Below are positions 27,494 through 32,000 of a stretch of DNA of 32,000 nt, piece by piece (the first letter of the stretch is position 1; each line of letters starts with the position of its first letter). Source of the stretch: Xanthomonas campestris pv. campestris str. ATCC 33913 (GTDB lineage Bacteria; Pseudomonadota; Gammaproteobacteria; Xanthomonadales; Xanthomonadaceae). The stretch is from assembly GCF_000007145.1 (NCBI RefSeq), contig NC_003902.1, forward strand, positions 2,816,497 through 2,848,496, written 5' to 3'. A program made the translations under genes and the position numbers. The notes under the pieces were generated by a model, which worked only from the letters and a program-made list of their open reading frames with translations, did not search any database and had not been told where the DNA came from.

Positions 27494-30400
27494 GGCGTGG
27501 CCGCCTTGATCTGCAGCATGAGTGGCACCGCCACCTGCCCGGTCGGCACGCGCCCTTGCGCAGTGCCGGTCAGAGGGATCTCGCCCGGTTGCGCGTAGCG
27601 CGCTGGCGCCAGCGCCGGCCAGTGCACTGGCACGCGTTCGCGCGAGCCGTCGTTGTATTGCAGGCTGACGAACCCCGGCAGCGTGGGTGCCTGCCCCACC
27701 ACCGCCATGACCACCGGCAACGGCTGCACGGCCGTGATCTGGCCCGGCGGCGTGGCGCGCACCCAGAGCGTGGCCTTGATCGGCACCACGCCTTCCACCA
27801 GGCCCTGCACCTCGACCTTGCCCTCGCTGGCCAGTCTTTCGGATGCAACATCCGGCCACTGCACCGCCACCGGCAACACGCTGCCATCGGCATAAAACGC
27901 GGTGACCTCCTGCGGCAGCGTGGGCAGCTCACCCGGCGCGGTGCGCAGATCGATCGGCTCCAGCTGCCTGGGCACGTCCGACCACGCCTGCCATTCGTCC
28001 ACGCCGATCGCTGCGCGCCCGGTGCCCAAGGTTTGCGTGGTCAGCACCGCACGCAGGCCGGTGGTGACGATGGGCGCAAAGCTCACCGTGCTGACCGCGC
28101 CATTGGCGGCCACCGGATACCCGCTGCGGGCCGACACGTCCTGCCAGCGCCCGTCCTGCAACGTCTGCAGTGTCCAGCTGGCGGGTGGCGCCACGGCGCC
28201 GTCGGGTTGATCGCTCCAGAAATACAGCGTGCTGGACGACAGCCGCACCGGTCGCGGCCATTGGTAGTGCAGCCACACCGTCTGCGGCTGCGCGCGGCCG
28301 TAACTGCCCCAGCGCCGGCTGCCGTTGGGCGTGCTGTCCGCCGCAGGGAGGACGCCGTCGTTGAGCGCCTGCACGCGGTACTGCGTGCCGGTGAGCTGAG
28401 CGCTGACCGTGGCTAGGCTCTGCAGCGCAATGCGCTCAACAGGCGGCGATGCAGGCGCGTTCACCTGCACATCGGCGTGGCCGGCCAACGCGCCGTCGTT
28501 GGCAGCCAGCCGCAAGGTGTAATGCCCTGCCTGCGTGAAACGCACTGTGGTCTGCACTGCCGCAGGATCGGCGAATACCACCTCGCCGCCAGACGGGCCT
28601 TGCAGCAGCGACCAGCGCACCTGCAGCGCGCCGCTGGGCAGGCCATCGTCACCCACACGCCCGTTCACCCGCACCGTGCCGTCGGCACCGGGCGTGTCCA
28701 GCTGCCAGGCCTGCACCTGGGGCGCCACATTGCCCACGAACGCGGGCGGCGCCTGGCTGCTGTTGAAGACCTGCAGTTCCTTGATACCGGTGCGTGCACT
28801 GCCGGCATGCGTCACTACCACCCGCAGCGCCTGCGCACGCAGTGGCGGGAAACGCACCCGATTGCGGTTGCCCTCGGCAATCAGCGCATCACGCACCTGC
28901 CCCGGTACGTCCTTCCAGCTGCCGCCATCCTGGTACTGCACCACGTACATCCATGGTGCGGCGTAGCCAGGCCGGGTTCCCGAGGGGAAGCCGTGCTGCT
29001 CGCCGCCGGGCGACGAGCTGCGATAGAAGTACAGCACCACCTGATCCACCTGCCGGCTGCCAGCGAACCGCAGCGCGAGCCAGTCGCTGGCCGCCGGCGA
29101 GCCTGCGGTGCCCCAGAACGGCGTATTGGCGGTGCTTCCGTCCACCGCCGCCGCAGCCGCGAACCCGGGCGTGGCGAAGCTGGCGGTGGCCTGCGCGCCG
29201 TGTGCAAGATCCAGCCGCGCCGCCGCGGGTAATGTCACATCCAGCCCGGCCTTGGCCAGCACCTGCGCCGCGCGTGAGGCGGGAGCGAACGCCACCTGCG
29301 TCATCGTTGCCAGGTGCGCCGGGTGCGTTTCCAGCACCTGTACCGCACCGGCAGGGTTGACCGCGTCGGGCAGCGCCGTCACTTGCCCGCTCGCCGGGTC
29401 GTAGAGCACATGCGCCAGCCGGTCGATACGGAACGCCAGCCGGCCATCCAGATACACGCTATAGCCCTTGGGCACCTGGCCGGCGTAGTGGGTGCCATCA
29501 CGGTCCCAGACGATGCTCAGGTTGCGATCGCGGTAGCGCAGGTTATCGGCAGCGAAATGTTCCCAGCCGATGTCGATCGGATACAACTCGATCTGGTTGT
29601 CGCTGCGCGGGCGCAAGCCCATCGCATCTTCGATCATGCTGAAGTTGGTTGCGCCCAGCTGGGTGTGGTGGATCCACGAGCGGTAGCCGATCGTGCCGCC
29701 GTTTGCGGCGCTGCCCTTGGACCAGAATTCGTTCTGATCCGGGTAACGGTTGTCGCCATTGATATACGTCGCCCACGCATTCCAGTACAGCAACGTGCGG
29801 TAACTGTGCGCACTCAGATACGGGCTGGGGTAATCGCGTAAGGCTGCGCCCAGCAAGCGGAACGCAACCGTTGCATTGATGGTTGAAAAGTTATTGCTGC
29901 CCGCCTCTGCGCCGCTACCGCGCGCATGCAGATCGACCTGATTTGCCGTGTAGAACGGAAACAGCGGGTACTGCGCGGCATCGGCAAACAGGCGCAAGGC
30001 GCGGATGTACTTGGGGTCGTCGTCGGCATCGCCGTGCTTAGGCATCAGGCCCACGCTGAAGGGGTAATAGTTATTGGTTTCCTTCCAGTCCACCGGCAGG
30101 CGCGGGCCCTTGGCCTGGCGGTGCTTGAGCAGATCGCCGGATAATCCCACCGAATCGGCCGTGCTGCTGCGGTCCTGCCACAATACCTCCAGCACCGCCT
30201 TGCGGATGCGCGCCGCAGTGGTCTGCATGCGTTGCGCGGTCCCGCTGTCACCGGCCAGCTGCGCGGCCTGCGCGGCCGCGTGCGCATTGGCGTACACGTA
30301 GGCGCTTTCGGTGCGGTCCATGCGGATCTCGCCGTGTTGCTTTGCCCAGTCGAAGGACACCGCATCGGCGTCGTTGCCGGTCATCGCGGCCCAGTCGTAC

Positions 30401-31851
30401 TCGATCAAGCCATTGTGGTTGAGATCGTAGGCAGCCAGTACGCCATCCACGTCGCCACTGCCATAGCGCGCCAACTTGCTGGCCAGCGCCGGTGGGCCAC
30501 CATGCACCTGCAGCGAGCGCCAGGCCGCGGCGGTGATGGACTGTGCGTAGGAGTTGGACCAGTTTTCCGGCGATCCGGGGTTGTCCACATACTTGCCACC
30601 GCCTGCGGTTTCGCCGGCGCTGAGCCAGCTGCCGTAGGCGTAGATCGGGTCGCGCAGATACTTCAAATCGTCCAGAAACATGCCGGTGGTCAGCACGATG
30701 GCATTGTTGTAGCCCAGCACGCCTTCGATCGCGACCGGGAACTGGTAATCGTTGCCTGGCACATTGGCATCGAGAAAGTTGAAACGCAGCACCCACCAGC
30801 GGTAGAACAGGCTCTTGGTGATGTTCGCGTTGGGCGTGTCCAGATACGGCACGTTGTCCACCCACCAGCGGTTGTAGCGGGCCACATGCTGCTGATACGC
30901 CTGCTGCGGCGATTGCCCGGCAATGCGGTCGTACTCGGCCTGGGCCTCCGGTAGCTCGTGCGTGAGCAGGCCCAGCTGCACCTTGATGGGCGCCGCCTCG
31001 CCGGTGGCGGGTACGGCCACCTCACGCACCAAGCGGGCACCGTCCACACGAAAGCCATCGCCTGACAGCCGCGGAAACACCGTGGTGATCGCGTTGTAGG
31101 CATCGAATGCGCCCGTCAGCGCAGCGCCATCGGCATGCGTTGCCATCGGTGAGCGCGCCTGCACTGACAGCGTATGCGGCGCACCATCCAGGCTGGACAG
31201 CACAAACGTGGCGACCGCCACGTTCTGCTCGGTGATGTATTTGACCAAACGCATCCGCACCCCGGCGCCCGCATCTTCGAACACGGTGCTGAAGTAGCTG
31301 GTCGTCTGCCGCCGCTGCTGCGGCTGCTCGTTCCACTGCACCTCGCGCGTGCCTTGCGTGGACTGCAAGTGGAACAACGCGTCGTAGTCGGTGGCATGCC
31401 AGTACGCTACCTGGCCAACGAACCCCGGCTGCTCGGGAACGTGCGAAGACAGATACGCGGCGCGGCCGCGCGTGAACAGCCAGTTGTTCTCATCGTCGAA
31501 TCCGCCGCCGGTGCCCTCGCGCACCAGCATGCGGTCCACCCAGAAGTCGTTGCCCGGCACCTGCCCTGCACCGCGTGCGACATCGGCCGCGAAGATCCTG
31601 GCCAGCTGGCCATCCGGCGCGAAGGCCACGCCGCTTTCGGGCACCGGATGCGCCAGCCCGCGAAAGCGTGGTTCGCCAATGGCAGCATTGGCCTTGACCA
31701 CCGGCGCTTCCTGCGCCTGCTTGGTACCAGCCGAAGCCGTGCTGGTGACGAAGAGCACCAGAAGACACAGCGCTGCCAAGCCTACGCGCTGCGCCCGCAA
31801 GCTCAGGCAGCTATGCATGCGCTGCACCACGATCAACCCCAAACGCTGCAT
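27490..31851 (-). CDS. Giant secreted multidomain glycoside hydrolase. N-terminal (alpha/alpha)6-type catalytic region (candidate GH121 beta-L-arabinobiosidase-like), then F5/8-type-C, PKD/Ig-like, discoidin-like module and 2x Big_4-like repeats
   Basis: Track ORF 27490..31887 (1465 aa, GTG). I prefer the ATG at 31851 (GGAG 7 nt upstream); another ATG at 31818 gives MHSCLSLRAQRVGLAALCLLVLFVTSTASA. Approximate domain calls from sequence follow. F5/8-type-C at about 28738-29211 (AAAVDGSTANTPFWGT...DQVVLYFY...IKELQVF). PKD-like at about 28444-28737. Discoidin-like module at 27982-28443. Two LPxxVxxxYxDGSxxxVxVxW Big_4-like repeats at 27493-27981. The GH121 assignment is inferred from context (GH127 and GH43 partners) and is not verified. 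Confidence 0.8.
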   Translation of the reverse strand: MQRLGLIVVQRMHSCLSLRAQRVGLAALCLLVLFVTSTASAGTKQAQEAPVVKANAAIGEPRFRGLAHPVPESGVAFAPDGQLARIFAADVARGAGQVPGNDFWVDRMLVREGTGGGFDDENNWLFTRGRAAYLSSHVPEQPGFVGQVAYWHATDYDALFHLQSTQGTREVQWNEQPQQRRQTTSYFSTVFEDAGAGVRMRLVKYITEQNVAVATFVLSSLDGAPHTLSVQARSPMATHADGAALTGAFDAYNAITTVFPRLSGDGFRVDGARLVREVAVPATGEAAPIKVQLGLLTHELPEAQAEYDRIAGQSPQQAYQQHVARYNRWWVDNVPYLDTPNANITKSLFYRWWVLRFNFLDANVPGNDYQFPVAIEGVLGYNNAIVLTTGMFLDDLKYLRDPIYAYGSWLSAGETAGGGKYVDNPGSPENWSNSYAQSITAAAWRSLQVHGGPPALASKLARYGSGDVDGVLAAYDLNHNGLIEYDWAAMTGNDADAVSFDWAKQHGEIRMDRTESAYVYANAHAAAQAAQLAGDSGTAQRMQTTAARIRKAVLEVLWQDRSSTADSVGLSGDLLKHRQAKGPRLPVDWKETNNYYPFSVGLMPKHGDADDDPKYIRALRLFADAAQYPLFPFYTANQVDLHARGSGAEAGSNNFSTINATVAFRLLGAALRDYPSPYLSAHSYRTLLYWNAWATYINGDNRYPDQNEFWSKGSAANGGTIGYRSWIHHTQLGATNFSMIEDAMGLRPRSDNQIELYPIDIGWEHFAADNLRYRDRNLSIVWDRDGTHYAGQVPKGYSVYLDGRLAFRIDRLAHVLYDPASGQVTALPDAVNPAGAVQVLETHPAHLATMTQVAFAPASRAAQVLAKAGLDVTLPAAARLDLAHGAQATASFATPGFAAAAAVDGSTANTPFWGTAGSPAASDWLALRFAGSRQVDQVVLYFYRSSSPGGEQHGFPSGTRPGYAAPWMYVVQYQDGGSWKDVPGQVRDALIAEGNRNRVRFPPLRAQALRVVVTHAGSARTGIKELQVFNSSQAPPAFVGNVAPQVQAWQLDTPGADGTVRVNGRVGDDGLPSGALQVRWSLLQGPSGGEVVFADPAAVQTTVRFTQAGHYTLRLAANDGALAGHADVQVNAPASPPVERIALQSLATVSAQLTGTQYRVQALNDGVLPAADSTPNGSRRWGSYGRAQPQTVWLHYQWPRPVRLSSSTLYFWSDQPDGAVAPPASWTLQTLQDGRWQDVSARSGYPVAANGAVSTVSFAPIVTTGLRAVLTTQTLGTGRAAIGVDEWQAWSDVPRQLEPIDLRTAPGELPTLPQEVTAFYADGSVLPVAVQWPDVASERLASEGKVEVQGLVEGVVPIKATLWVRATPPGQITAVQPLPVVMAVVGQAPTLPGFVSLQYNDGSRERVPVHWPALAPARYAQPGEIPLTGTAQGRVPTGQVAVPLMLQIKAATP

Positions 31852-32000
31852 GCGCGCACTCCGTGCAGGTGAAAAGGCACGACGCACGGCAGCGCACTCG
31901 GCGTGACTGGACCGATGGCTTTGCGCCGTGCTGCCCGCCCGCCGGCTCTCCGCTCGGTTGTGCGGCGGTCATCCACCATACGCGGCCAGGACGTGGGGCA

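Overview
High-GC (about 65% by eye) chromosomal DNA. Gene content and protein sequences look like a Xanthomonas-type (Xanthomonadaceae) genome; this is inference from reading the translations, no search was run. I support 18 full-length CDS plus one 5' gene fragment at the left edge.

Layout:
(1) 249-5319, minus strand: a tightly packed operon of a TonB-dependent receptor, a beta-propeller phytase and a purple-acid-phosphatase-like metallophosphoesterase, likely for phytate/organic-phosphate scavenging.
(2) 5471-14554: housekeeping genes. These are upp, a GH9 endoglucanase, ggt translationally coupled to a YfhL-type ferredoxin, a small lipoprotein, coaD, rsmD, and divergently htpG with a sigma32-like promoter and a clean intrinsic terminator.
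(3) 14610-15667: a short low-GC stretch carrying one secreted orphan gene.
(4) 15668-31887, all minus strand: a six-gene locus of a GH121-like giant multidomain glycosidase, GH43, an S9 (DPP-IV-like) serine peptidase, an unclassified HEXXH-X19-E metallopeptidase, a TonB-dependent receptor, and a Tat-exported GH127 beta-L-arabinofuranosidase.

Block 4 is the most interesting. The glycosidase trio matches the known enzyme set for hydroxyproline-linked beta-L-arabinofuranosides (extensin/HRGP glycans). The two embedded peptidases and the receptor suggest an uncharacterised glycopeptide-harvesting system.

I recognised no rRNA, tRNA, CRISPR array, transposase or integrase. Most long ORFs in the supplied track are antisense or shadow ORFs typical of high-GC DNA.
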